From contig CAZDZV010000001.1 of assembly GCA_964510025.1 (NCBI GenBank), positions 63,949 through 127,948 on the forward strand: a stretch of DNA of 64,000 bases. Direction: 5' to 3'. Shown piece by piece: positions 1 to 9,285 of the stretch. The notes under the pieces are model-generated. The model made no database searches. It saw only the letters and a program-made list of their open reading frames with translations, and was not told where the DNA came from. This stretch comes from an uncultured Methanosarcinales archaeon. GTDB taxonomy: Archaea > Nanobdellota > Nanobdellia > Woesearchaeales > DATDXC01. Position numbers and translations under genes: made by a program. How positions within the stretch are numbered: the stretch's first letter is position 1; every line of letters begins with the position of its first letter.

Positions 1-141
1 AAATCCGTATTCAGTACGAAGCACCTAGCTGCTATGGTTGCGCTGGTATTCGGCCCGGTACGTATAATATTAATTTGGACATAGCATACATGGGAAAGAG
101 TATAGGGAATGCCACTAGGTCAATAGAGATCAGACAATGAA

Positions 142-1335
142 CTATTTTTTTCTTAGCCTGATATAGTTGGTTTTGCCGGGCTGAATAAATAATTGCAGCA
201 AATTCTTCAGATCTGTATGCAGCTCATCGTTGTTTATCATCTTTGCTAACTCATATACATCTACAGTTGCAAGCTTATCCCATAGTCCTATCTTCTTTAT
301 CGTTTCTTCAAAGGACTTTCGCTGGGGATCATTCTTTTTCGGAAATGTAAGTCTTGGGTATTGCTTCACAAATGCAACATAATCTGAGCCGTAAACATTA
401 TTTATGCCCTCTTTCTGGGCAAATGCGACCAGGGCTTCCTTAATCTTTTCAAGCTTCACTGAGATAGCATCAGACTCTGCCTTTAGCTTTGAATATTCAT
501 TAACAAGATTAAGACCTGGCTCTTTCTTATACTCGTTCTCGCTGATCTCATTCAGCCTATAGAGGTGCTTGAAATTCGGGCATATCATCTGAAATTCGCA
601 CCAGCCGCACAGAGCACTCTGCTTTGCCGGAAACTCCCGGGTATTTTCAATTCTCTCTATCAGCTCCAAGACCTCTGCTTTCAGCTGCTCCAGATCCTGG
701 TCTGACCTTTCGCTCCTTAGCTCCTTATCAAATGCGAGATAATGCCACACAAGAACGACTTTTCTACAATCCTTATAGTTCTGCCTTATGGCTATTGAGT
801 ACAGAGCAAGCTGCCTATCCTGGTCTATCTGGTCCTGAGTAGGCAATGAGTTGGATGTTTTATAATCATGAATCTCATACACGCCTCCTGGAAAGGCTGC
901 TAATCTGTCGATAAAGCCCTGCAATGTATAGCCTTTAATCTTAAGCAAGATCCTATGCTCTAAGCCTATTGTCCTGCCTTGATTGAATGGAAAATACTTG
1001 CTATAGTAGTCTGTAATGAACTTTTCGCCCATCTTCTTGTAGTTGTCAGCTGTAAATTGCTTCCTGACTATCACTATCCCTTCTGTAAAATTCAAATCCC
1101 AGGATTTTCGGTAGAATTCCAAAAGCCCCTTCAGCTTATTCAGCTTGGAAAACCTTAGGTCATTGTACAGCTTTTCCAGGGCCTCATGCACTCTTGAGCC
1201 CATAAAAGCTTCAATGGAATTCTCTATCTCTGTCTCCAGTTTATCTATATATTGATACTTAAACTTAAGCGGACACTGCTCAAAACAGTTCAGTCTTGAA
1301 TGTGAATAGACAGGCATTTTAACCGAAGCTTGCAA
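142..1335 (-). CDS. PD-(D/E)XK (RecB/Cas4-like) nuclease with a C-terminal extension
   Basis: N-terminal YSHSRLNCFEQCPLKFKYQYI resembles the Cas4/PDDEXK_1 start. It has an IDRLA...YEIHDYKT (D..E.K) core, a QLALY motif and a CGWCEF..C cysteine cluster. It overlaps the polB stop by 17 bp. Confidence 0.6.
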   Translation of the reverse strand: MQASVKMPVYSHSRLNCFEQCPLKFKYQYIDKLETEIENSIEAFMGSRVHEALEKLYNDLRFSKLNKLKGLLEFYRKSWDLNFTEGIVIVRKQFTADNYKKMGEKFITDYYSKYFPFNQGRTIGLEHRILLKIKGYTLQGFIDRLAAFPGGVYEIHDYKTSNSLPTQDQIDQDRQLALYSIAIRQNYKDCRKVVLVWHYLAFDKELRSERSDQDLEQLKAEVLELIERIENTREFPAKQSALCGWCEFQMICPNFKHLYRLNEISENEYKKEPGLNLVNEYSKLKAESDAISVKLEKIKEALVAFAQKEGINNVYGSDYVAFVKQYPRLTFPKKNDPQRKSFEETIKKIGLWDKLATVDVYELAKMINNDELHTDLKNLLQLFIQPGKTNYIRLRKK

Positions 1336-3679
1336 GGCTTGTTTGTTTGTGTTTTGCTATCAACTCGTCAAAGCTCTTGTTCTGAAAAGACAAAATGGAG
1401 TCAGCTATAGGCTTTAGCTGCTTTTCGATATAGTGCTCATAGTCGATTTTTGAGGTATTATCATCTATTGGCTCTGGGCCGGCTATAGTCATCACATAAG
1501 ATATAATACCCGGAAGCTCTCTCCCAATCTTTCGTGCTGCCTTTATGTGTGGGGGCGTTGTTTTTATATATTTCGATACATTTTTCCGTATTGCCTTCTT
1601 ATAGACCAATAAATCGTCCATCTTTCCTTTCCTTAAATCAGAAACAAATTCGGTAAGATAATTTTCAATAGGCTTGTTATGGAAAATATGATCAAGTAGC
1701 TCCATCTGAAATTTCTTAGAGAGATCTGTCCAGTCTCTTCTTACAAACTCTAAGCCGGTAAAGGTAATTCTCTCCTTGCCGTTTTCCATCAGCAATCCCG
1801 CGTACCTTTTCTTTGCCCCTTTTTCAGATCCTCTTACCCGAGGCATGAGAAATTTCAGAAATGCTTTTTCAAATTCAAGCTCGAGATAAGATTTTCTTCC
1901 ATATTTTTCCATCACATAGCTCTTATAAAACCTGTTTATCTGTTCCTGTAACCCCCTACCAATATTTTCTGCATCTGAAACAATTTCTGTGTTCGTGTTT
2001 ACAAAAATTGAGTCTGTGTCGCCATAAATTACCTCATAGCCTTTTTGCTCAATCTTTCTCGCTGTGAGTTTATTGAGAAACTGCCCAAAATGAGTTATGC
2101 CATTGGCCATCTCCAGTGAATAGAATCGGCAGGTAGGGTTTGCCAGCACTCCAAAGAAAGAATTCATAAGAATCTTTATTGCCTGGTTAGCTAATTTGTC
2201 TCCTTGTTTCTTTGCTGTATCCCTTTGTTCCCACAATCTCTGGATAAGTAAGGGAAGTATACCTTCCTCATTTCTGAAATGGGCCTTATTCGGCGCCTCT
2301 ATCAGTTTTTTCTTTTCATTTTCCGATAGTCTGGAAAATTCTTCTTGTGGTATGAAACTGTATGGATCTATATTAAAGGTGCGGATTATGCTTGGGTACA
2401 GGCTCTTAAAATCAAGAACGATTATCCCTTTATATATGCCTGGCTTGGACTGCATCACAAATCCGCCCTTTATTCTTTCATCCCTTTCATTTACATAGGC
2501 TGTGGGAGCTACAATCTTCCTTTTCTTACATTCCCGTAGATATAAGGAATCCAGCGAAGCTATGCTTGCATTTACCCTGTCTATCTGCATTCCGGTTATA
2601 AGGCTCCTTTTTATAGAAAGGTCCAATGTACTAGATTTTTCGAGAATATCATAAACCAGTTCAGAATCCTTGAGATTGTAATCGACTAGCTTCTGTGGAT
2701 TCCTCTTATAAAGCTGTTCTATCTCCTTGCCCCGGTCCTCTGATGTTATGAGCTTTTCTTGGCCGAGAACCTGCTTGGCAGCGGTATTCAGCTTATAATC
2801 ATCAAGTCTAAGAAACGAGACCTTCATAAGGTGTATACCATCGATTACCGCCCTGCCCCTAAAGTTGGCTGATGAGTCTGAGAAAAAAGAGTCTGTAATC
2901 CTAAATGAACACTCGATATTCTGCCTACCCAGCACAAAAGGTATTTTATAGGCGCTGAACCTTTTCTTAAGTATCATCAAATCAAAATCAATCAGGTTCC
3001 AGCCTGTGATGATATCCGGATCCAGCTGAATAACAATCCTTTTAAACGCCTCCAACAGCTCTTTTTCTGTCTTGAATGTATCTGCATCCTTATAGTCACC
3101 ATTTTTAAGCAGAAGGACTTTTCTGATATCAGCTGAGTAGAGGGAGACCGAAAAGACCTTGGATGCTTTCATGTCTGTCTCTATGTCTATCGATAGAATT
3201 TTCAGATCAGGCCAGTGTTCTGCTACTGAAATCTCTGGATTTTCATATATCCTATCTACAAAAAGACCTTCATCTGGTGCTGGCCTCCTGTGGCTGCCCT
3301 TGAGCTCCATGGACGCCCTTATTCCATTATCTATCATAAACCGATAGGAGAATCTGATGTCTGCCTCATAGCAGTTGATACCTTTGTCAAGAAATATTTT
3401 TCTCAGCTCGGGAACCTCTCTGGGCACGGAGAGTATCACCTTGATAACCTTGTTTGCTTTAAAATCTCTGAATTCTGAGTCTTTTATTGCAATGTTTTCA
3501 GCCCCTAAATCCTTAAGAATTTGGGCTGCTCTCTGCTTATCATTTTTCCTGATCCAAAAATAGGGTTGAAAGTCGCTGACTGTCACGAAACTCTCCCCAT
3601 TTTCAAGTCTTCCAAAAAGCATAACCTGGGCCTTCTTGTTGTATATGCGATAGGTCGGGTAGATGACAAACGCTTTCAT
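1319..3679 (-). CDS. polB: Family B DNA polymerase (archaeal PolB)
   Basis: 786 aa. Exo motifs SIDIETD, YNLIDFDL and YNLKD..YD are present. Pol motifs A (DFKSLYPSII), B (KILMNSFFGVLA) and C (YGDTDS) are present. Confidence 0.9.
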   Translation of the reverse strand: MKAFVIYPTYRIYNKKAQVMLFGRLENGESFVTVSDFQPYFWIRKNDKQRAAQILKDLGAENIAIKDSEFRDFKANKVIKVILSVPREVPELRKIFLDKGINCYEADIRFSYRFMIDNGIRASMELKGSHRRPAPDEGLFVDRIYENPEISVAEHWPDLKILSIDIETDMKASKVFSVSLYSADIRKVLLLKNGDYKDADTFKTEKELLEAFKRIVIQLDPDIITGWNLIDFDLMILKKRFSAYKIPFVLGRQNIECSFRITDSFFSDSSANFRGRAVIDGIHLMKVSFLRLDDYKLNTAAKQVLGQEKLITSEDRGKEIEQLYKRNPQKLVDYNLKDSELVYDILEKSSTLDLSIKRSLITGMQIDRVNASIASLDSLYLRECKKRKIVAPTAYVNERDERIKGGFVMQSKPGIYKGIIVLDFKSLYPSIIRTFNIDPYSFIPQEEFSRLSENEKKKLIEAPNKAHFRNEEGILPLLIQRLWEQRDTAKKQGDKLANQAIKILMNSFFGVLANPTCRFYSLEMANGITHFGQFLNKLTARKIEQKGYEVIYGDTDSIFVNTNTEIVSDAENIGRGLQEQINRFYKSYVMEKYGRKSYLELEFEKAFLKFLMPRVRGSEKGAKKRYAGLLMENGKERITFTGLEFVRRDWTDLSKKFQMELLDHIFHNKPIENYLTEFVSDLRKGKMDDLLVYKKAIRKNVSKYIKTTPPHIKAARKIGRELPGIISYVMTIAGPEPIDDNTSKIDYEHYIEKQLKPIADSILSFQNKSFDELIAKHKQTSLASFG

Positions 3680-3723
3680 AGAAAAAAGTAGAATGCCCTA
3701 GCTTTTAATAGTTTTGCATAGCA

Positions 3724-6700
3724 CTATCCAGAATCCAGGGTTATTGAGAGAGGGATATTAGCATAAAGCCAGTACCCCCTGCCAGAGCGGATGTTTTCAT
3801 CATCTGCAGGTACAAACTTGTATCTCTGGGCTGCAGGGTCAAAGTAATATATTGTTGATTGCAGCCAGCCTGCTGCCTGTGCTTCAGCCAATGATTTGGT
3901 CTCTATTCCATTAGAGACTTGGGCATCTGACCATAAAAACGTATTTCCAGGAGCAGACCCCCCTGCCTGCCCAAGGGTTATGACAATATCATCCTCAAAA
4001 GCATACAGCCAATATCCTGTTTTGGGCATTAGGTAATCATCATCGCCAGGCACGAATTTGTATCTCTGGGCTGCAGGGTCAAAGTAATATATTGTTGATT
4101 GCAGCCAGCCTGCTGCCTGTGCTTCAGCCAATGATTTGGTCTCTATTCCATTAGATACAATTGCGTCTCCCCAATCAAAGGCATTCATCGATGAATGCCC
4201 AAATAGATTCCAACCATCTGCTAGCAATATCTCCCTGTCTATATTCGACTCAAATGGCTGAAGCGCCGGGGTGAAAAGGTTCCAGGCTGCGTCGATCTCA
4301 ATATCATTTCCATCATGCTCACATATGCATGCGGAAGTGCATGTATCTACCGTATCTGGATTACTGTCATCGCAGTCTTCGTCTATTTCGCATGCTGCCC
4401 CGCATCTTGCCATATCACAGGCATGTGTAAATTGGTAATCATCAGGGGAAGGTAGGGTGCATGAATCTGCAGCTTCAAGGCATTCTGAGGCAATTCCTGC
4501 TGCATAATCCCATGTAAGCAGGTTATCATCCAGATTACAACCTTCTAGCTCCGGAAGGTCGTTTGATGAGCAGTCTACCGGTATACCTGGACCGCAGCCA
4601 AGATAGCTGCATTGCTCAGCGCCATTGCAATATTGACCATCATCGCAGACTGTGTGTTCTGGCGTGTTTACGCATTCACCTGAACTGCAGGAATCCAAGG
4701 TACAGGCTATATTATCATCACAATCAGGAATATTCACAGGCGCGCATTGCGAAATTTCCGAACAGATTTCCTGACCATTGCAGTCATTGGAGTCATCGCA
4801 GTCATCTGTTGATTCTGTAGAATCAAAATAAACCGCTCCGTTTAGGCAAGTTGCGCATGTCCCTGCGTCATCATAGTCAGTGCTGCAGTCTGACCAAACA
4901 CCGTATTCACATATCCTGGTGCCTTGGCATACGCCTGTTCCGCAGTCTTCAGTGATATGATCCACATCCCAGTCATTATCATTATCGATACCATCGCATA
5001 CTTCTTCACCTGAGAACTCAGCATATACAAATTCCGGCCCCCCTTCCAAGCCAAGTGCGCCAGTTATAGAGCCGTCATACCATGATAAGGTGTCAGATGG
5101 AAATGGCCTCGGTATTGTCTGAGAATAAAGCCAGATGTCACCTGAAAACTCATCTTCTCTCCAGAGTTCTGCGAAAAATACTCCATCATTATATGTAAAT
5201 GTAAGCATCGGTTCATATCCTGGTGAGAATTGAGAGTACTCTTTTTTCCAGTCAATCTGGCAGGTATCTTCCTCTGCATTCTCCTGACATCCTTCAAAAA
5301 CATAATATCCTTCAATCTCATAACTAAAATCCGGAAGCAGATAGACATCTACAGATGCCTGTTCTGGGTTGCAACAGTTGCTTACAAAAATCCCTGTTCC
5401 ATCCCACCTATATAGAACATCTCTAGATTTATTATAGAATCCGTCTTTATCAACATCAACAACTATATCATAAGAACCAATTCTGGGATTTTCCCAGATC
5501 ATAGATATGTTAATCTCACCATCTGCAGTTGTAGTCATATTATAAGGTCCATCATCGGTCCTATCTTCTAATTGGCTACCGTCTTCAATATCTGTTGATT
5601 CCCATTTCAGATATATATCGATTGACTTATTTACTTCAAATCCTGCCCCCTTCACGTAGACGGGCTCTACCTTGCTAAATTTTGTCTTAAAATTTCCTTT
5701 TGAGTCACATGGTACTATAGCTTGCACTCTGAATCCATAGTTATCATACTTATCAACTAAATCTGTATTGTAATCAAAGTTCCCATTATTATCGAAATCA
5801 AGAATTAGATTATATCTGCCACCCGTTTCAACAATATACTGCGCCGGTATTTCTCTGTTTAATATATGTTTATTTGATCCTGTATCGAGTATTTTTTTAT
5901 TGGATATTGTTCCATCCGGCTGCGTATGTATTGTCTGCATCCCAACAAAGTCAAAATCCATATCTACCTCTGCGGACCAGTTTATACTTTTGTTGTAAAC
6001 AATAACTGCGATTGTTACGTCCTTACTAGCAGGCAAACCTACCGCTTTAGCATATATTGTGTCACCATCTGTGAAATTGTAAGTATAATTTCCTGTCGCA
6101 TTAGTTGCATCAATGCCCAGGGTATTTGAAAAAATTAAGCCAAAAGGCTGACCACCTTTACCGCTAACATCTAGCAAACGGGAAGCTATCACTGTTATAT
6201 TGTAGAAGCCATCTTCTGGTTGTTTTAGGATTATCCTTTCTATAACATTGTTATTCAAATCTGAGTCTTTGGCAAAGGGATTTTCAGCTGAGTTTTTTCC
6301 ATCAGAGGTAAAGGTATTTCCGAGATATCTAGATCCGGTGGGAGATATGGCTTCCAAATCAAGATCATTCCTTAGAGCCTCTAATGGTTTGTCATGCCAT
6401 GCTAAGGTTATCTTCAAGGGTTTTGATTTTGAGAACCGTGCAAAAAAAGAGACTGCTGAGTCTGTTGAAGCTAAGACTGTTTCATTTGCATCCATATAAC
6501 CAACTGTTGTGTGTCTGCCTAAAGGAAACAAAGATTCTGTTATATTGGCCCTGCCCCATCCTTCGCAAACATTGGGGTAGCCTGTACAATCCACTGGTTC
6601 TCTGATACTTGCACCTCGAAGCGTTGGCACGAACAGCTGGTCAGGCAGGTCTACTGCTCCATTTATTAAAAGGGCTTTTATTAATGGAGCGCTTGGCTTG

Positions 6701-9285
6701 TCATGCATTTTTACCTTTCTCAGATATTCCCTGGCTAATGCAGCTAATCCTGCCACGTGAGGAGTAGCCATGCTTGTCCCCCCTGCAACCATGTAATGAT
6801 CGGTTGCCGTGTAACCGAATTCCGACGGAAGACCCCAACCTACACAGTTAGCATGATTGAAATTTATTCTAACTTCATCCATCTCATCTAGATTATTGCT
6901 ATTTGGCAGATAGTGTCTTATGCCGTCAATACATATGGTTGATCTGCATGATACGATATCAAATCCAGGTGCAACAATATCCGGCTTAATTCTGCCCTGT
7001 ATTTCTGTTCCTCTGCTGCTGAAAACCACAACCTCTTCAGGGGTATAGTGCGGGTCAGGTTGGCCTGCCCTAATTCTAGATGTTCCTGATGCTCCAACTG
7101 TAATAACATTCTTTGCTCTCCCTTGAGAAGTCACTGAATTGCCACCTTGTTCAAAAAGCTGGAAGCTTTCATTTCCGATTACACCATGCTTGAATGCAAA
7201 ATTTGCCTCATTGCCAGCAGCAAATAAGACGGTAATATTGTCATTAATCCAGAGATAACTATCCATAAATGCATTTGTAGTAGGACTGTATCCTCCATCA
7301 CTGCCCCAGCTGTTAGTTTGTATTGTTGCTCCAAAAAAAAGTCTGACAATCCCTATAGGTATGCCCCCAAAGTTCATTGAGCCATATGATCTGTTGAGAG
7401 CTTTGTAAAGATTTGTAGAATTTGGATCGTTATGGTTTGTGTATATCTCATCTTCTCCGAACATTTGAAACCGATAAGGTCGGATTCGACCCATCAAAGT
7501 GGGTATTTGCTGTCCTATTGCTTGCATAACGAGATTTGATTTTGGTGCTGATCCCGGATTAATTGGGCCGCTTGATGCTGCTGAACCTGCAACATGGGTT
7601 CCATGGCCACCGAAATCCTTCACAGTTCCTGTCCCCCAATCTTCCATCTGTATAGACCTCCTATAGAAATCAAGAGTCTGAACTGGGCTATTTGTCCCAT
7701 TGTCAAAACCCGTGTCTGCAATAGTTATTGTCTCATCCTGGCCCTGAATATGAAATCGCTGATTAGTTATTTTTGCTCCGGTAATTAAGAGAGCATGTTT
7801 ATTTAAGGGCCGATATATTGGTGGCGTTGAAATGAATTCCACATCCGGCAGATAGATCAAATCAGTCAATGCATTCATCTTAACGGTAACATGCAATAAT
7901 TTGTCATCTATTTGAGTGACATCTGCTCCAAGAGACACTATATCAGACTTAACGTGTGATATGTGGTCAAATACAGAGACAAGTATATTTATAGTCCCTT
8001 CATCATCTACCAAAGTGCCATCAGGATTAAACAAGGAAATGAGATTGTTGTCCTCTGCGATTTTGTTTACAGGATGATAAATTCCTGCTGCCCGGACATT
8101 TGAGTTCAGTATTATTTCAGCTAAGGTTAGATCAGATTTTACAATAAATACGTCTGTTTGGTACGATAGGAATTTCGTTGCATGTATGGAATCAAAGAAT
8201 TGATCCTGCATATTGTAATCAAATCCGTCAACCAGCTGGACATAATAATATCCGGATTCCTGCTTAGCCAACAGATCTACTGGATAGTCTGCTGTTTCAG
8301 ATAGCGGATCAAATATGGCTGCAGGCAAAAAAATATTTTTATCGCAGGCGTCTCCCTTGCCATCCAGATCATTGTCTGCCTGTCCCGCATTGGCATAATC
8401 TATACAGTTATCACAAGCATCTCCCACGCCATCAGCGTCTGTATCTTCCTGACTTGGGTTGAATATTTCGATGCAATTATCTTCACTGTCATTTACATTG
8501 TCAGAATCATCATCTTGGTCGCAAGCATTTCCAACACCGTCAGTATCGATATCAGTCTGATCAGGATTTATCCTATCAACACAGTTATCGCAGACATCAC
8601 CTATACCATCACTGTCAAAATCTAATTGAGACGGATTATTATGCTCAGGACAATTATCGACAACAGAGTATACTAAGTCGCTATCAGGATCAGAAAAAGG
8701 ATTGTAATCCAGCCAGCCATAGAAAGTAATATTACCATCTAACTTTGAACTGATTTGCTCTGAAAGATTTGAATCCCACCAATTTGATGGTAGATAAACA
8801 TATGAGGATTTATATAGGCCAGCGTAGCTAGGCTGGAAACTAATCGATTCCTTGACCGTGCTTCGGACATTGATTAAATTATTGACAAATGCGTTATATA
8901 GGGTGTCAATAGAAGTAAATCCGCTTAATGTAAGACCTATTTCGTTGTGCTCAAGCAGACTATAATCTATGCTCGCCATTGTATTCTCCAAGTGGACGGC
9001 TTCTTGATACTTTCGTATCACGCAGTTCCTAATTATTATGTTCGATTGATTCTCAACCTTGATGGCTGTGCCGATTCCAGAACCGACAATTGAATGAAAA
9101 TTACAATCAAGAGTAAGATCATTTGCCGAAATTTTAAGACAGTCTCCTTCTGATACCAGGTTTGTCTTCAGTATCCATATGCCAGATGCTGTTGGATTAT
9201 CGTCGCAAGAATTTATATCATAAGCACTTACCTTATGTAGCAAGAAAAATATAAACAATATGTAAATAGCTTTTCTGATTTTCAT
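3724..9285 (-). CDS. Giant secreted subtilisin-like serine protease (peptidase S8) with beta-helix, TSP3-like Ca-binding repeats, Cys-rich module and C-terminal tandem domain
   Basis: 1853 aa with signal peptide MKIRKAIYILFIFFLLHKVSA. S8 triad motifs ITIADTGFD, HGTHVAGSA and GTSMATPHVAGLAAL are present. Four DxDxDGxGDxCDNC repeats are present. N-terminal NIIIRNCVI-type beta-helix repeats are present. Confidence 0.85.
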   Translation of the reverse strand: MKIRKAIYILFIFFLLHKVSAYDINSCDDNPTASGIWILKTNLVSEGDCLKISANDLTLDCNFHSIVGSGIGTAIKVENQSNIIIRNCVIRKYQEAVHLENTMASIDYSLLEHNEIGLTLSGFTSIDTLYNAFVNNLINVRSTVKESISFQPSYAGLYKSSYVYLPSNWWDSNLSEQISSKLDGNITFYGWLDYNPFSDPDSDLVYSVVDNCPEHNNPSQLDFDSDGIGDVCDNCVDRINPDQTDIDTDGVGNACDQDDDSDNVNDSEDNCIEIFNPSQEDTDADGVGDACDNCIDYANAGQADNDLDGKGDACDKNIFLPAAIFDPLSETADYPVDLLAKQESGYYYVQLVDGFDYNMQDQFFDSIHATKFLSYQTDVFIVKSDLTLAEIILNSNVRAAGIYHPVNKIAEDNNLISLFNPDGTLVDDEGTINILVSVFDHISHVKSDIVSLGADVTQIDDKLLHVTVKMNALTDLIYLPDVEFISTPPIYRPLNKHALLITGAKITNQRFHIQGQDETITIADTGFDNGTNSPVQTLDFYRRSIQMEDWGTGTVKDFGGHGTHVAGSAASSGPINPGSAPKSNLVMQAIGQQIPTLMGRIRPYRFQMFGEDEIYTNHNDPNSTNLYKALNRSYGSMNFGGIPIGIVRLFFGATIQTNSWGSDGGYSPTTNAFMDSYLWINDNITVLFAAGNEANFAFKHGVIGNESFQLFEQGGNSVTSQGRAKNVITVGASGTSRIRAGQPDPHYTPEEVVVFSSRGTEIQGRIKPDIVAPGFDIVSCRSTICIDGIRHYLPNSNNLDEMDEVRINFNHANCVGWGLPSEFGYTATDHYMVAGGTSMATPHVAGLAALAREYLRKVKMHDKPSAPLIKALLINGAVDLPDQLFVPTLRGASIREPVDCTGYPNVCEGWGRANITESLFPLGRHTTVGYMDANETVLASTDSAVSFFARFSKSKPLKITLAWHDKPLEALRNDLDLEAISPTGSRYLGNTFTSDGKNSAENPFAKDSDLNNNVIERIILKQPEDGFYNITVIASRLLDVSGKGGQPFGLIFSNTLGIDATNATGNYTYNFTDGDTIYAKAVGLPASKDVTIAVIVYNKSINWSAEVDMDFDFVGMQTIHTQPDGTISNKKILDTGSNKHILNREIPAQYIVETGGRYNLILDFDNNGNFDYNTDLVDKYDNYGFRVQAIVPCDSKGNFKTKFSKVEPVYVKGAGFEVNKSIDIYLKWESTDIEDGSQLEDRTDDGPYNMTTTADGEINISMIWENPRIGSYDIVVDVDKDGFYNKSRDVLYRWDGTGIFVSNCCNPEQASVDVYLLPDFSYEIEGYYVFEGCQENAEEDTCQIDWKKEYSQFSPGYEPMLTFTYNDGVFFAELWREDEFSGDIWLYSQTIPRPFPSDTLSWYDGSITGALGLEGGPEFVYAEFSGEEVCDGIDNDNDWDVDHITEDCGTGVCQGTRICEYGVWSDCSTDYDDAGTCATCLNGAVYFDSTESTDDCDDSNDCNGQEICSEISQCAPVNIPDCDDNIACTLDSCSSGECVNTPEHTVCDDGQYCNGAEQCSYLGCGPGIPVDCSSNDLPELEGCNLDDNLLTWDYAAGIASECLEAADSCTLPSPDDYQFTHACDMARCGAACEIDEDCDDSNPDTVDTCTSACICEHDGNDIEIDAAWNLFTPALQPFESNIDREILLADGWNLFGHSSMNAFDWGDAIVSNGIETKSLAEAQAAGWLQSTIYYFDPAAQRYKFVPGDDDYLMPKTGYWLYAFEDDIVITLGQAGGSAPGNTFLWSDAQVSNGIETKSLAEAQAAGWLQSTIYYFDPAAQRYKFVPADDENIRSGRGYWLYANIPLSITLDSG
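3801..4155. repeat. Two-copy tandem direct repeat (240-bp period) inside the subtilase gene, with a 98-bp core that is 100% identical
   Basis: 3818-3915 is identical to 4058-4155 (ttgtatctctgggctgcagggtcaaagtaatatattgttgattgcagccagcctgctgcctgtgcttcagccaatgatttggtctctattccattaga). It encodes the duplicated peptide VSNGIETKSLAEAQAAGWLQSTIYYFDPAAQRYKFVP. Confidence 0.9.

Noticed and set aside
1-141. Possible 3' end of a plus-strand gene running into the window (…YEAPSCYGCAGIRPGTYNINLDIAYMGKSIGNATRSIEIRQ*)
   Set aside because: Only about 46 codons are visible and no motif is recognisable, so I cannot support a call.
624-842. Short plus-strand ORFs inside the nuclease and polB genes (624-842, 1861-2067, 2196-2539, 3159-3563)
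   Set aside because: They lie entirely within well-supported minus-strand genes and have no motifs, so they are shadow frames.
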